This document shows positions 18,891 to 29,029 of a DNA stretch of 64,000 nucleotides, piece after piece. A program made the translations under genes and the position numbers. The stretch comes from an uncultured Desulfarculus sp. (lineage in GTDB: Bacteria > Desulfobacterota > Desulfarculia > Desulfarculales > Desulfarculaceae), in contig CAXXUK010000001.1 of NCBI GenBank assembly GCA_963665125.2, positions 2,624,001 through 2,688,000 of the forward strand. Direction: 5' to 3'. The first letter of the stretch is position 1. Every line of letters begins with the position of its first letter. Below the pieces are notes generated by a model. The model was not told the origin of the DNA and ran no database searches. It saw only the letters and a list, made by a program, of their open reading frames with translations.

Positions 18891-21800
18891 ATGAAACCAG
18901 AGCCCAGCATCCCAGAAAGCATTGAATCCGCATTCGGCTGGAGGGTCGGCACCATTCTGCTGATCCTCGTTGGTTTGGCGCTGAGGCTGTGGGGTCTGGA
19001 TTGGGGCGGCTCGGCGGCTGATCCCCATGCCGAAAGAATCATCAACGCCATCGCTTCCGGCGACCTTCTCTACCAAATCGACCCGGCCAACCCCCACTGG
19101 GACCACCTGTACTATTTCCTGGCGGCGGTATGCAAATCCGTTCTGTGGCTGATTTTCGGCGGATTTTCCCTGCTGACCGGCGCGGCGCCCACCGCCAGCG
19201 CGGTGGACATCCCCACCGTGATGGCCGGACGCCTGCTTTCGGCCATCCTGGGCACGGCCACCATCTGGATCTGCATCAGGTTGGCCCACAAGGCCTTCCA
19301 GAGCCGTTCCGCCGGTTTCGTGGCCGGCGTGCTGGCGGCGGTGAGCCCGCTGTTGATCGCCGAGGCCCATTACATGGACCGCAGCGCCACGGCGGTGTTT
19401 TTCGCCGGCCTATGCCTGTTGCCGATGATCGATATCTGCCGGGGCGCCTCGCCCCTGCGTTACGGCTTGGCCGGTTTTCTGCTGGGCCTGGCCTGCACGG
19501 CCGACGCCCGGCTGGGCACTTTGGCCCTGCCCCTGTTGGCCGCTCACATTATCGGGGCCTTGCGCAACAAGGAAAAGCTGCCCTCGCGCCTGGTGGGCCT
19601 GCCGGTGGTTTTGGCCGCCGGTGCTCTCGCCGGAGTTGCTATTGGCTTTCCGCCGCTACTCAGCGGCAAGGTCAGCATATTCGGCCTTTGGCAAAGGGGC
19701 CTCGAAAAAATAGCGGCCGCCAACCCCGACTGGACCGGTCCCTGGATCGACGGGCCGGTGGGCTCGCGGCTCTTTGAAACCATATCGCTCATCGGCGACG
19801 CCATTGGCTGGGGCATCGTGGTCCTTGCCGTTTGCGGGTTTGTCCTGGCCCTTTACCGCCGGACATGGTCCGGAGTGTGCCTGGCCCTTCTCGTCTTGAC
19901 CTTGCCCCTCGTGCAGGTCCTTTGGCTGGGCGGGCAGGTGGAATCCTGCCAGGCCATGACCCTACCTCCGCTACTTTGCCTGGCGGCGGCGGGCCCGGCA
20001 GCGCTGGCCGACCGCCGGAGGCTTTCCCCCCTGGCCACGGGCATGACGGCCGTGGCCCTGGCCGTGCTGATAGCCCTGCCGTCCATGTGGCGCACCTGGG
20101 CCGTGGGCTATCTGTTCTGGCAGGAGCAGCCGACCCAGTCGGCCCAAACCTGGGCCGCTAGCAACATGCCGCCCAACGCGATGACCTTCGCCGACCCCGG
20201 CGCGCCCATGCTCGGCAGCGTCCGGCCGCTTCCCCTTGACAAGCTCAAGCCCAACAGCGACAAGGCCTCGTTCGTGGTGCTCAGCGCCACCGCCGACGAC
20301 CTGAACTACAAAGCATGGACAGGCAGAGCCTATGACGACGCCGGCGACCGCAGCCTGATGATCCGGGGCAATTTCCTGCCCCTGAAGGCATTCGACATCA
20401 AGGGCATGCCCCCCCGGGCCGATGTTCCGGGCCGGAGACGCTTCCCCAGAGCCCTTAGTCCAACGGTATTGCTGTTTGCCAACAACCAAAAGCCCCAGGC
20501 CTCCCAGCCTCTGGGGTTCGAACGGCCGCCCGGCCAAACCGGCCTGCTACGCAAGGTCTGTTATCTGAACGCTCCGGAATACAGCCGCGATCCAACGGCT
20601 CTGGAAATCAACGGCGGCAAAGTCACCCTAAGCCGCACCCTGCGCTCTGCCGTCGACTTGGACCAGGCCACCCTGGAATTGGTCAACCGGGGTGACAACA
20701 CGGTTCATGTCAAGGCCGGTCAGGGGCCCGGCCAGAATGAAGACCTTCAGTTGGAGCCGGGCCAGGTATGGCGCTGGAACGTTAAGGCGGCAAACTGGCC
20801 CTGGCCCGTGCCGAGGGTGTACCCCTTCAATATTTCAGCCGAAGACGGTCAAGTGGCCGGACGCATAATCAGCGATCCGCTGATTATGGGCCAAAAGGCC
20901 CTGGATGGCATGCGCTGGGCCGAGGCGGAAGCGCACCTGCGCCGGGCCCACGAGCAAAACCCGAAGGCATTGATGCCCGGAGCCCTGTTGGCCGCCGCGC
21001 TGGTGGAACAGGGCAAGGACAAACAGGCCAAAGACTTGATCAAGGGCCATGAGCAACAACTCCAGCAAATGACCCGGCTGGCCCTGGACCAGTCGTCCCT
21101 GGATGAATGGCTGGGGAGTCTGGAAAAATTCAGCGGACTGGACCCGGTGCTTTTGATGCGTTCGCTGACCATGGAGATACCGGTTCAGATGCACAAGGGC
21201 CGCCAGGTGGGCGGAGCGATGATCCTGGCGAACCACGATATCCTGGCCAAGGTGGCCTGGCCCAAGGACGGCCGGGGGCCGGTGACCAAGATACGGCTCA
21301 AACACTGGCTGCCCGCGGCTCCACTGACCATCCGCTGCAAGATAATCGGCTCCCCCGGCCAGTTGGGGCCCGATGAACCGGCTGCCCAGATCATCCTGTT
21401 CAGGCGTGACAGGGGTAAAAGGACAATGGCCGTGGAGGCCACCCTCAGCGGCGCCCAGGTGTCCGGCGGCGAGGTGATAGAGGCCATGCTCAGGGTCAAC
21501 CCCGTCCATGCGGCCGACTGGTGGGAGATCGAGTTGAAGTCCCTGCAGGCCGCTCCCCTGACCATTTCGCATATCAGCGTGGAATTCGACCCACGGGAGC
21601 AGTTCAGGGCCGGCGCCCGCTGGGCCTTGAGCGCCTGGGGCCGTCTGGCCCTGGCCGGGGGCGACAAGGACCTGGCCCGGCGCGTCTTGAACGACGTATC
21701 GCTCATTGACGACCGCTTCATCCACGCCGTGTTGCCACATGTCCAGGTCCTGCGGGATTCAGGCTGGCCCGGAGCGGCCGCCGAGCGCCTGCGGGGAGCC

Positions 21801-22322
21801 GTGGATCTCTTGGCGTCCCGTCCGGAGTTGTTGCAGGCGGCCAGGGAGATCGCCCGCAGTCTGGGCGACGACAAATTGGGCGAGCAGTTGGCCGACATGC
21901 TCACGGCTCTGCAACCGCCCAAGGAGCACACCATTACATTCAGCCAAGGCGTCAAGCTCATCGGTTATGACCTGAAGAGCGACGGCGACGACCTGGGCAA
22001 AAAAGTCACGTTGCGATTGTTCTGGCAATTCGACCAGACGCCGCCCAAGGACTACAAGATCAACTGCCGCCTGGAAGGACCTGCCGAACTCAAACTGGAC
22101 CACAAGCTCTCCGGCGGCAAGCAGCGCATGGACCGGGTGATGCCCGGCGATGTCGTCGTCGACGACGTCAGCGGCCGCATCGATCAGGAAGGCGGCGGCG
22201 GCAAGTACCGCATTGTCCTTAGCCTTTCGCCGGATACGCCGGGCTCACGGCGGTTGATGGTCCTCGACGGCAAGCTGGCCGGACGGCGCTACGGCGTCAT
22301 CGAAGGCGTGGCGCTGCCTTGA
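18891..22322 (+). CDS. Large GT-C (PMT/ArnT, GT39/83-like) membrane glycosyltransferase with periplasmic TPR/beta domains
   Basis: LALRLWGLDWG..DPHAE, GRLLSAILG, LAAVSPLLI N-terminal polytopic region; long soluble C-terminus. Confidence 0.72.
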   Translation: MKPEPSIPESIESAFGWRVGTILLILVGLALRLWGLDWGGSAADPHAERIINAIASGDLLYQIDPANPHWDHLYYFLAAVCKSVLWLIFGGFSLLTGAAPTASAVDIPTVMAGRLLSAILGTATIWICIRLAHKAFQSRSAGFVAGVLAAVSPLLIAEAHYMDRSATAVFFAGLCLLPMIDICRGASPLRYGLAGFLLGLACTADARLGTLALPLLAAHIIGALRNKEKLPSRLVGLPVVLAAGALAGVAIGFPPLLSGKVSIFGLWQRGLEKIAAANPDWTGPWIDGPVGSRLFETISLIGDAIGWGIVVLAVCGFVLALYRRTWSGVCLALLVLTLPLVQVLWLGGQVESCQAMTLPPLLCLAAAGPAALADRRRLSPLATGMTAVALAVLIALPSMWRTWAVGYLFWQEQPTQSAQTWAASNMPPNAMTFADPGAPMLGSVRPLPLDKLKPNSDKASFVVLSATADDLNYKAWTGRAYDDAGDRSLMIRGNFLPLKAFDIKGMPPRADVPGRRRFPRALSPTVLLFANNQKPQASQPLGFERPPGQTGLLRKVCYLNAPEYSRDPTALEINGGKVTLSRTLRSAVDLDQATLELVNRGDNTVHVKAGQGPGQNEDLQLEPGQVWRWNVKAANWPWPVPRVYPFNISAEDGQVAGRIISDPLIMGQKALDGMRWAEAEAHLRRAHEQNPKALMPGALLAAALVEQGKDKQAKDLIKGHEQQLQQMTRLALDQSSLDEWLGSLEKFSGLDPVLLMRSLTMEIPVQMHKGRQVGGAMILANHDILAKVAWPKDGRGPVTKIRLKHWLPAAPLTIRCKIIGSPGQLGPDEPAAQIILFRRDRGKRTMAVEATLSGAQVSGGEVIEAMLRVNPVHAADWWEIELKSLQAAPLTISHISVEFDPREQFRAGARWALSAWGRLALAGGDKDLARRVLNDVSLIDDRFIHAVLPHVQVLRDSGWPGAAAERLRGAVDLLASRPELLQAAREIARSLGDDKLGEQLADMLTALQPPKEHTITFSQGVKLIGYDLKSDGDDLGKKVTLRLFWQFDQTPPKDYKINCRLEGPAELKLDHKLSGGKQRMDRVMPGDVVVDDVSGRIDQEGGGGKYRIVLSLSPDTPGSRRLMVLDGKLAGRRYGVIEGVALP

Positions 22323-25300
22323 CCAGTCAGGAGCCGCCCAAAACAAGCTGGAAGGCCGTCCTGGCCCTGGTCCTGCTTTTCATTGTGCTGGGCCTGGCCC
22401 ACACCTGGCCCGTGGGCAGCCGGATCAACCAGGCCATACCCTACGGCTACAGCGTGGTGCCGGGCTATGAGTGCACGCCGATGATGCCCGGCGATCACTT
22501 GCAGTTCTATTACTGGTGCTGGCTGGCCGGAGACAACCTGCTGGGCCCGTCGGGCTTTCCCGGCAATCCCTATGAGTTCAACACCGACGTCACCCCGAAC
22601 GGCCTGGCCGTCTACGCCAATTTTCCCTGGTCCCTGATCTTCGTGGCCCTGGAGCCCCTGGGCCCGGCCCTGGCTTACAACATCATGGTCTTGCTGACCT
22701 ATGTCCTGGTGGGGTTGTTTACGTTCTTGTGGGTCAGCAAGGTGCTGGGCAACTGGCTGGCCGCCCTGCCCGCCGCGCTTTTAATGACCCTGATGCCCTT
22801 CCGGGCGGCCCAGGCCCTTTCGGGCCATATCTACGGCTTTGTCATCTTCCTGCTGCCGCTGACCCTATGGTCCCTGGAATGCGGTTGGCGGGCCAGGCCC
22901 AAACGGGCCGAACTATGGGGCCTGTTGGCCGGTCTGGCCCTGCTGGCCGCCTCGGTCATGGAAAGCCACCTGATCTACTACTCCTGCCTGCTGTTGGGCC
23001 TGTATGTGCCGCTGCGCATGCTTCAGGACGCCAACACCGATGAAGACCCAGGCCAATGGTCGCGCATCTGGGCTGTGGTGCCCCTGCTGGCCGGTTTCGC
23101 CCTTGGCCTTACCGTCCACCTGAGCATGATCAGGGGTGGCGGCGGGGAATTGATGTCGGTCCAGTTCGGCCAGACCCTGGCCATCTATGTCCTGACCACG
23201 GCCGGCGTCTGGCTGCTGCTGACCCAATTGGCCGCGGCGCTTACCAGCCTGGGCCGCAGCGCCGCGGCCTCGGCCCTGGCCAAGGGCTTCGCGCCCCTGG
23301 TCTTCAGCCCGCTATACGCCGTGCAGTTCTTCTTTGACGTGCCCCACTTGGGCTCGGGTCTGTTGGCCGTGCTGGCGCTCACCGGCGCCGCCCTGGCCCT
23401 GCCGCCGCTGTGGCGGGCCCGGCGCATGCCCGCCCTTCGGGCCGGATGGTGGAGGCCTTTGTGGCCCCTGGTCCTGTGCCTGTGCCTGGCCGTGGCCTAC
23501 CTGATGCGCATGAAGAGCACCCTCATGGCCGGAAGCATCGTGGACAAGGGCCGCAGCGTCATGGAGGTGCTGTTGTTTTCTCCCCGCCCGGCCGATCTTT
23601 TCCACACCCAGGGCGTGCACAGTGAAAAGATGATCTACATGGGCGTGGTGTTCATGGCCCTGGCCCTGATCGGCGTGGTCTGGCTGGTGCTGCGCCGCCG
23701 CAGCGGCGGGCAGGCCACGGCCAGGGCCGCCCTAGGCGCCGGGCTGGGCCTGTTGGCCCTGCTGTTGGCCCTGGGGCCCACCGTGGAAGAGTTGCCCCTG
23801 TACGGCCTGCTGTACAAGTACATGCCGTTCTTCAAATACCCCCGGGTGCCGGGCCGTCTTATCATGGTGGCCGCGCCCTTGTTGGGTCTGGCCGCCGGCT
23901 GGGCCCTGATGCGGCTTATAGGCCTGCTTCGCACCGGCCCCAGGGCCCGCGTTGCCACCGGCATCGCCGTATGCGCCTTGCTGGCCCTGAGCGTCTGGCC
24001 GGCCCAGGCCCCCGGCCTGTGCCCCCTTACCCCGCCGGGCAAGGTCGAGGCGGCCATAATCAAGGACATGCCCACCGGCCCCGGCGCAGCCAAACGCCTG
24101 CTGGGCCTGCCCATCTGGCCGGGCGACAGCCATCAGTCGTCCATGTACGAAATGCTCATCACCCGAACCAGAGCGGTGATGGTCAACGGCTACGCGCCGT
24201 ACGTGCCCAGGGTGTACCTGGAAAAGGTCTTCGAGCCGCTGTATCCCCTGGATTTCGGGTTTATCACGCCCCAGGCCCGTCAGGCCATGGAGCGCCTGGA
24301 CGTTGGCGGCGTCGTCTTTTACGACGACGACCAGGTCTACACCCGCAAGGTCAGCCCATATCCCCCGGCCTTGGCCCGGCGCAGGCTGGAGGCCTCTGGC
24401 CTGTTGCGTCTGCAGGCCCAGCAAGGATCGGCGTTTTTCTACGGCCTGACCGACGCCGCCAAACCAAACGGGACCAACGATCTTGTTTCCCCGGTGGTGG
24501 CTCTGTGGGAGGCCAACTGGCTGCGTCATGACACCGGCGCGCCGGTCGACGACCCCAATGCCTCGGGCTGGGGCCTGCTGTTCCACGAGGCCGACGACCC
24601 GCTGGGCCCGCTGGGCCCCCGCCAGGCCTGGGCCAAGGGCAACGTTATCGCGGCCAGGGAAGGCCGGGACAAGCCCGGTTTCCTGTCCCACGGCCCGCAC
24701 AAGATGTTTCCGCCGGGCAATTATGTAGCCCGTTTCAGACTGCGCCGGGGCCCCGGTCCGGAACCCGGACGGGTGGAAATAACCACCAATGGCGGCGAAA
24801 CCGTATTGGCCGGGCGGGATATATCGGCCCGGGTCCTGCCCCCGGACGGCCGATGGCACGACGTGGCCGTGGAGTTCAGCCTGGACGGCCTGGCCTCAAT
24901 AGAAACCCGCACCTGGTATAACGGCGGGGCCGACCTGGCCCTGGACGTGGTTCTGGTGGGTTTTGCCGGCGCCGAACCGTGGACGGGCGTGTATCCGGCC
25001 TGGCGGCTATGGCGGCAGACCGGCGGCCTGGTGGCCGACGACAAGGCCCCCGGCGGCTGGGCCGTGGAGGCCGAGGCCGGTTGGACGCCGCCGCTGTACC
25101 TGATGCACGGGCCCCAGCAGACCTATGATCCGGGGCGCTACCAGGCCGAGTTCATCATCGCCGCCGGAGACGCGCCGGGGCCCGGCGGCCCGGCCTGCCT
25201 GCTGGCCGTGGCCACGGACCTGGGCCGCAGGGTTTTGGGCAGCCGCCTGGTCGATAGCGCCGAATTGGGCGGGGACTATAAACGCTTTGCAGTTGAATTC

Positions 25301-25423
25301 GAGTTGAAACGCCGCTGCGAACTGGGCCTGCGGGTCAAGCTGAGCCGGGGCGCGGGCCTGCGCCTGGCCGGTGTCGAGGTCATCTCCCTGGACCGGGCTG
25401 AATCATCCGCCGCGCCGCAGTAG
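22319..25423 (+). CDS. Large polytopic membrane protein, GT-C/YfhO-like, with C-terminal carbohydrate-binding-like repeats
   Basis: GDHLQFYYW, AYNIMVLL, PFFKYPRVPGR, VNGY; two HGP..(F/Y).PG.Y.A.F repeats. Confidence 0.65.
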   Translation: MTSQEPPKTSWKAVLALVLLFIVLGLAHTWPVGSRINQAIPYGYSVVPGYECTPMMPGDHLQFYYWCWLAGDNLLGPSGFPGNPYEFNTDVTPNGLAVYANFPWSLIFVALEPLGPALAYNIMVLLTYVLVGLFTFLWVSKVLGNWLAALPAALLMTLMPFRAAQALSGHIYGFVIFLLPLTLWSLECGWRARPKRAELWGLLAGLALLAASVMESHLIYYSCLLLGLYVPLRMLQDANTDEDPGQWSRIWAVVPLLAGFALGLTVHLSMIRGGGGELMSVQFGQTLAIYVLTTAGVWLLLTQLAAALTSLGRSAAASALAKGFAPLVFSPLYAVQFFFDVPHLGSGLLAVLALTGAALALPPLWRARRMPALRAGWWRPLWPLVLCLCLAVAYLMRMKSTLMAGSIVDKGRSVMEVLLFSPRPADLFHTQGVHSEKMIYMGVVFMALALIGVVWLVLRRRSGGQATARAALGAGLGLLALLLALGPTVEELPLYGLLYKYMPFFKYPRVPGRLIMVAAPLLGLAAGWALMRLIGLLRTGPRARVATGIAVCALLALSVWPAQAPGLCPLTPPGKVEAAIIKDMPTGPGAAKRLLGLPIWPGDSHQSSMYEMLITRTRAVMVNGYAPYVPRVYLEKVFEPLYPLDFGFITPQARQAMERLDVGGVVFYDDDQVYTRKVSPYPPALARRRLEASGLLRLQAQQGSAFFYGLTDAAKPNGTNDLVSPVVALWEANWLRHDTGAPVDDPNASGWGLLFHEADDPLGPLGPRQAWAKGNVIAAREGRDKPGFLSHGPHKMFPPGNYVARFRLRRGPGPEPGRVEITTNGGETVLAGRDISARVLPPDGRWHDVAVEFSLDGLASIETRTWYNGGADLALDVVLVGFAGAEPWTGVYPAWRLWRQTGGLVADDKAPGGWAVEAEAGWTPPLYLMHGPQQTYDPGRYQAEFIIAAGDAPGPGGPACLLAVATDLGRRVLGSRLVDSAELGGDYKRFAVEFELKRRCELGLRVKLSRGAGLRLAGVEVISLDRAESSAAPQ

Positions 25424-26938
25424 CTCCACGGCCTTTTGACGGACCACCCGGCGCTCCACCGCATCCAGGGCCAGCAACCAGGCCAGGGCGGCGAAGACGG
25501 CCACCACCACCGTTGCCGCCAGCAAAACATCCAACCAGGACGCCACGGCCCAAGGCCTGAAAATCAGCCACAGCGCACCGTAGCTGGCCGCGGCGGCCGC
25601 GATGGGCCGGGCCAGCCCTCCGATGACAAAACGGCGTACGGACAGGCCGCACTGGCGGCAGGCGTACACCGGCAACCACCACACCCGCAACACGATCATG
25701 CCCGCGCCCACCGCCGCGGCGGCTCCCGGCGCGCCGTAGCGGGGAATCAGGGCCACACAAAGGCCGACGATGAGGATTGATTCGGCTATGGACATGACGC
25801 CCGCCGCCCTGTGCCGCCGGATGCCCAGCAGCAGCACCAGACAAGGATAGAGCATCAGGCTGAGGGTCACCGGCACGATCATAAGCCGCACCACCAAGGC
25901 CGAAATTTCAAACCCAGGCCCCACCCACAAGCGGATAAACGGCGCACAAAGAAACCACAGGCCCAAACCCACGCAACAGGCTGCCAGACCGCACCACAGG
26001 GTGGAACGCACCAGGATGTTGTGCACGTCCTCATGTCCGCCCGTGGAATGAAGGGAAGCGAAACGTGGCTGGGCCACGTTGGCCGCCGACTGCACCATGA
26101 TCATGTCATTGTTCACCAGCCGCGAAGCGATGCCGAATTCGGTGACATCCCTGGCGTTGGCCAGAGCGCCGGTCATCAGCACCGGTCCCTGCTGCACCAG
26201 GCGGATGGCTATTCCAATGGCGATGCTGTCGCGCCCGAATACCAAAAGGCTGCGGGCCGTGGATTTTTCCAGGGAAAACCCGGGCCGTATCGTGCTGGGG
26301 CAATACCGAAAAACAAACCAGATCGTAACCAGATAACCGGCCAAGACAACTACCGAATGGGCCAGGCCCAGGCCCACCAGGCTGCCGGTCTGCATCACGA
26401 CCCACACAACCGCACCAAAGCGGACCAATGAGCGGGCCGAATCAAGGTAGTTGACGATATCAATGCGTTCCACGGCGTAGAGCAGGCCTTCATAGGCCCT
26501 GACCGGAAAGCCCGCGGCCACAACCACGCCCAGCATTATGATCAGCCAGCGCGCGTTTTGTTCCTGGCCCTGGGGAATGGCGAAAAAGTTCTCCGCCCAA
26601 ACACCCAAAAGTACGAAAGCGGCAATAACGATGGAGGCGATGATCAAATATAGGCAAAGGGCCGAAGAAGAAACCTTTTTTGCCTCGGCAAGCTCGCCCC
26701 TGGCCAACTTGGCAGCCACATGGCTGATCACGGCCGGAGAAAGACCAACATCAAAAAACGAGAATAATCCCGTTAGGTTGGAAGCTATGAGCCAGACGCC
26801 GTACACTTCCGCGCCCAGTTCGTTGATCAACATGGGGGTCAGAACCAGGGCGATAAGCTGGCTCACCAGAAGCGCCACCCAACTGGAAGAGGCGTTTCGG
26901 ATAAGTCCGCCCGGTCTGTTTTTTTCCCTGTTTTTCAC
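25403..26938 (-). CDS. wzx: Oligosaccharide flippase (Wzx-like)
   Basis: LTPMLINELGAEVYGVW, FDVGL, many TM helices, LIPRYGAPGAAAA. Confidence 0.85.
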   Translation of the reverse strand: MKNREKNRPGGLIRNASSSWVALLVSQLIALVLTPMLINELGAEVYGVWLIASNLTGLFSFFDVGLSPAVISHVAAKLARGELAEAKKVSSSALCLYLIIASIVIAAFVLLGVWAENFFAIPQGQEQNARWLIIMLGVVVAAGFPVRAYEGLLYAVERIDIVNYLDSARSLVRFGAVVWVVMQTGSLVGLGLAHSVVVLAGYLVTIWFVFRYCPSTIRPGFSLEKSTARSLLVFGRDSIAIGIAIRLVQQGPVLMTGALANARDVTEFGIASRLVNNDMIMVQSAANVAQPRFASLHSTGGHEDVHNILVRSTLWCGLAACCVGLGLWFLCAPFIRLWVGPGFEISALVVRLMIVPVTLSLMLYPCLVLLLGIRRHRAAGVMSIAESILIVGLCVALIPRYGAPGAAAAVGAGMIVLRVWWLPVYACRQCGLSVRRFVIGGLARPIAAAAASYGALWLIFRPWAVASWLDVLLAATVVVAVFAALAWLLALDAVERRVVRQKAVELLRRGG

Positions 26939-27035
26939 TGTAAATCTAGCCTTTTATAAACAATAAACTGTTGCATAATATATTGTTTTATTGCATCCTT
27001 TGAAAGGGAAAAAGTCTGTAGCCTGGAGAAGTTAG

Positions 27036-27656
27036 ATGCAAAAGCGCCACATTTTCGAAACCGGCTTAACTTTATTCACAATAGTGACAATATTTTTATG
27101 CGGCGCGGCAGCGGCCGAGGAACCGGCCATGGTTTTTCAAAAAGACCGCCGACTCATACCTTACATGGAAAAAGAATACATCATCGGCCCGGGTGATCAG
27201 TTGGAGATTATGGTCTGGCGGGAGGAAGCCCTGTCGCGGCCGGACCTGCTGGTTTTGCCCGACGGCACCCTTGCCATGCCCCTGATCGACAACGTGCCCG
27301 CCGGCGGAAAAACAATCATTGAGTTGAAGGAATATATCCAGACAGCCCTGGAAAAATTTGTCGATGCGCCACGCGTGTACATCAACGTCAAAAGGCCTGA
27401 AAGCCACGCGTTCAACATCCTGGGCAATGTCACCGATCCGGGCCGGTATCCCATGGTGTCGCCGACAACGGTCATGCAGGGCATTGCCATCGCAAAAGGA
27501 TTCAACGAATGGGCCAGTAAGGACGATACGGTAGTAATCAGGGGATACGGCGATGATCAGCGGATCCTGCCCTTTAGATATTCAGAAGTCATAGACGGCG
27601 AAAAGGTTGATCAAAACATTATCCTGCAGCCGGGAGACACAATCGTTGTGCCATAG
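27036..27656 (+). CDS. Polysaccharide export protein (short OPX/Wza-like)
   Basis: YIIGPGDQLEI, VLPDGTLAMPLI PES motif, SLBB, LQPGDTIVVP. Confidence 0.9.
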   Translation: MQKRHIFETGLTLFTIVTIFLCGAAAAEEPAMVFQKDRRLIPYMEKEYIIGPGDQLEIMVWREEALSRPDLLVLPDGTLAMPLIDNVPAGGKTIIELKEYIQTALEKFVDAPRVYINVKRPESHAFNILGNVTDPGRYPMVSPTTVMQGIAIAKGFNEWASKDDTVVIRGYGDDQRILPFRYSEVIDGEKVDQNIILQPGDTIVVP

Positions 27657-27682
27657 CGGCACGATTATACGAGGACCCATAC

Positions 27683-29023
27683 TTGAAGTCGATTTTTAAA
27701 TACGGCCGCACCGCCAAGCTGTTCGTATTGGCGGCGTCGGCCCTTGCATTGCTGGCGATGCCGGCGGCAGGTCCGGTCGTGGCCGCCATCATAACCCCAG
27801 GTGTGACCACCGGAGTGGGTTATGACGACAACGTACGCCTGCGCAAGACCCCCCAGAGCGACTTCTTCGCCTTTATCACTCCGCGGCTGGACATTACGGC
27901 GGGCCCGCCGGACAACGAATTGCAGGCCAACTTCGGCCTGAGCTACAGCCACTATCTTAAGCTGACCGAATACACACGCATTGAAAGCGGCTACGCCAGG
28001 TTGCAGTATCACCATGAATTTTCCAAGGTCACCTGGTTCGAGGTCTTCGATAACTATTCCACAACCTATGACCCTGTCGAGGTCACAGACACCGGCGGCC
28101 TGATCAGGGTTACCGATACCGAAATACGCCGTACCATCAACACGATCGGCACGAGGTTTCAGCACAACTACGACCCGTTCAGCCACATAATGGGAGAATA
28201 TTTTTTTCTGTACCGCAACGGCAGCGGAGATACCGACAACGAGGTCTATGCCAACCAGGTCCAATTGGGCTGGCTCCACGCCCTGAACCCGCAGCATCAC
28301 CTGGGGCTGGTGTTCACCGGCCGGCATGACGACTGGGAAACATCGCCCAATATCACAGAGGAAAAAGCTGACGCCACCTACTACTGGCTGCCTGACCGCA
28401 GAAAAACCTTTTACGCCACCGTCGGCGGAAAAATCGTCAGGGCCGATGACGACAACGCGGCTGTGCGCACGGCCAGGGATTACGACATTATCACCGCCGG
28501 GCTGGGCTATTCCCACCGCTACAGCCCCAGGCTCGAGTGGAACATTGGAGCCGGATGGTCCCACGTTGAAGGCGACGCAGCCACCAATGCCGCGGCCGGA
28601 TCGGGGTTCCCGGTCTTCAACGCCAGCATTACCTACCGGGGCCAGGTGTGGGAAATCGAAGGCCACGCCAAGGCGACCCTGGATGAATATGATTTCGTCG
28701 GCGACAACACCGGCCTTACCCGGACCCAGTCAGTGGGCGGTTACTGGCGGTGGTACATGGCGCGGCACTGGACTTTCTTGCTTTACGCGGACTATATAAG
28801 GGATGATTATCAACAGGACCCCACGACTTCCGGCACTGACTATACTCAGGGAGTTATCGACACCACCCGTTTTGGCACCCGAGTGGATTGGCGGATAGTC
28901 AAAGACGCCACCATCAGCCTTGACTACCGTTTTTTAGACCGCAATGCGGAAAACGACAAGGACGACAGACAACAGAACCGGATTTTATTGTATCTTGATT
29001 ATAGGTGGCCCAACCGCTGGTAA
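27683..29023 (+). CDS. Outer-membrane beta-barrel associated with EPS export
   Basis: Signal peptide, GYDDNV motif, amphipathic strands, aromatic C-terminus; lies between wza and the chain-length gene. Confidence 0.8.
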   Translation: MKSIFKYGRTAKLFVLAASALALLAMPAAGPVVAAIITPGVTTGVGYDDNVRLRKTPQSDFFAFITPRLDITAGPPDNELQANFGLSYSHYLKLTEYTRIESGYARLQYHHEFSKVTWFEVFDNYSTTYDPVEVTDTGGLIRVTDTEIRRTINTIGTRFQHNYDPFSHIMGEYFFLYRNGSGDTDNEVYANQVQLGWLHALNPQHHLGLVFTGRHDDWETSPNITEEKADATYYWLPDRRKTFYATVGGKIVRADDDNAAVRTARDYDIITAGLGYSHRYSPRLEWNIGAGWSHVEGDAATNAAAGSGFPVFNASITYRGQVWEIEGHAKATLDEYDFVGDNTGLTRTQSVGGYWRWYMARHWTFLLYADYIRDDYQQDPTTSGTDYTQGVIDTTRFGTRVDWRIVKDATISLDYRFLDRNAENDKDDRQQNRILLYLDYRWPNRW

Positions 29024-29029
29024 CGGTGT

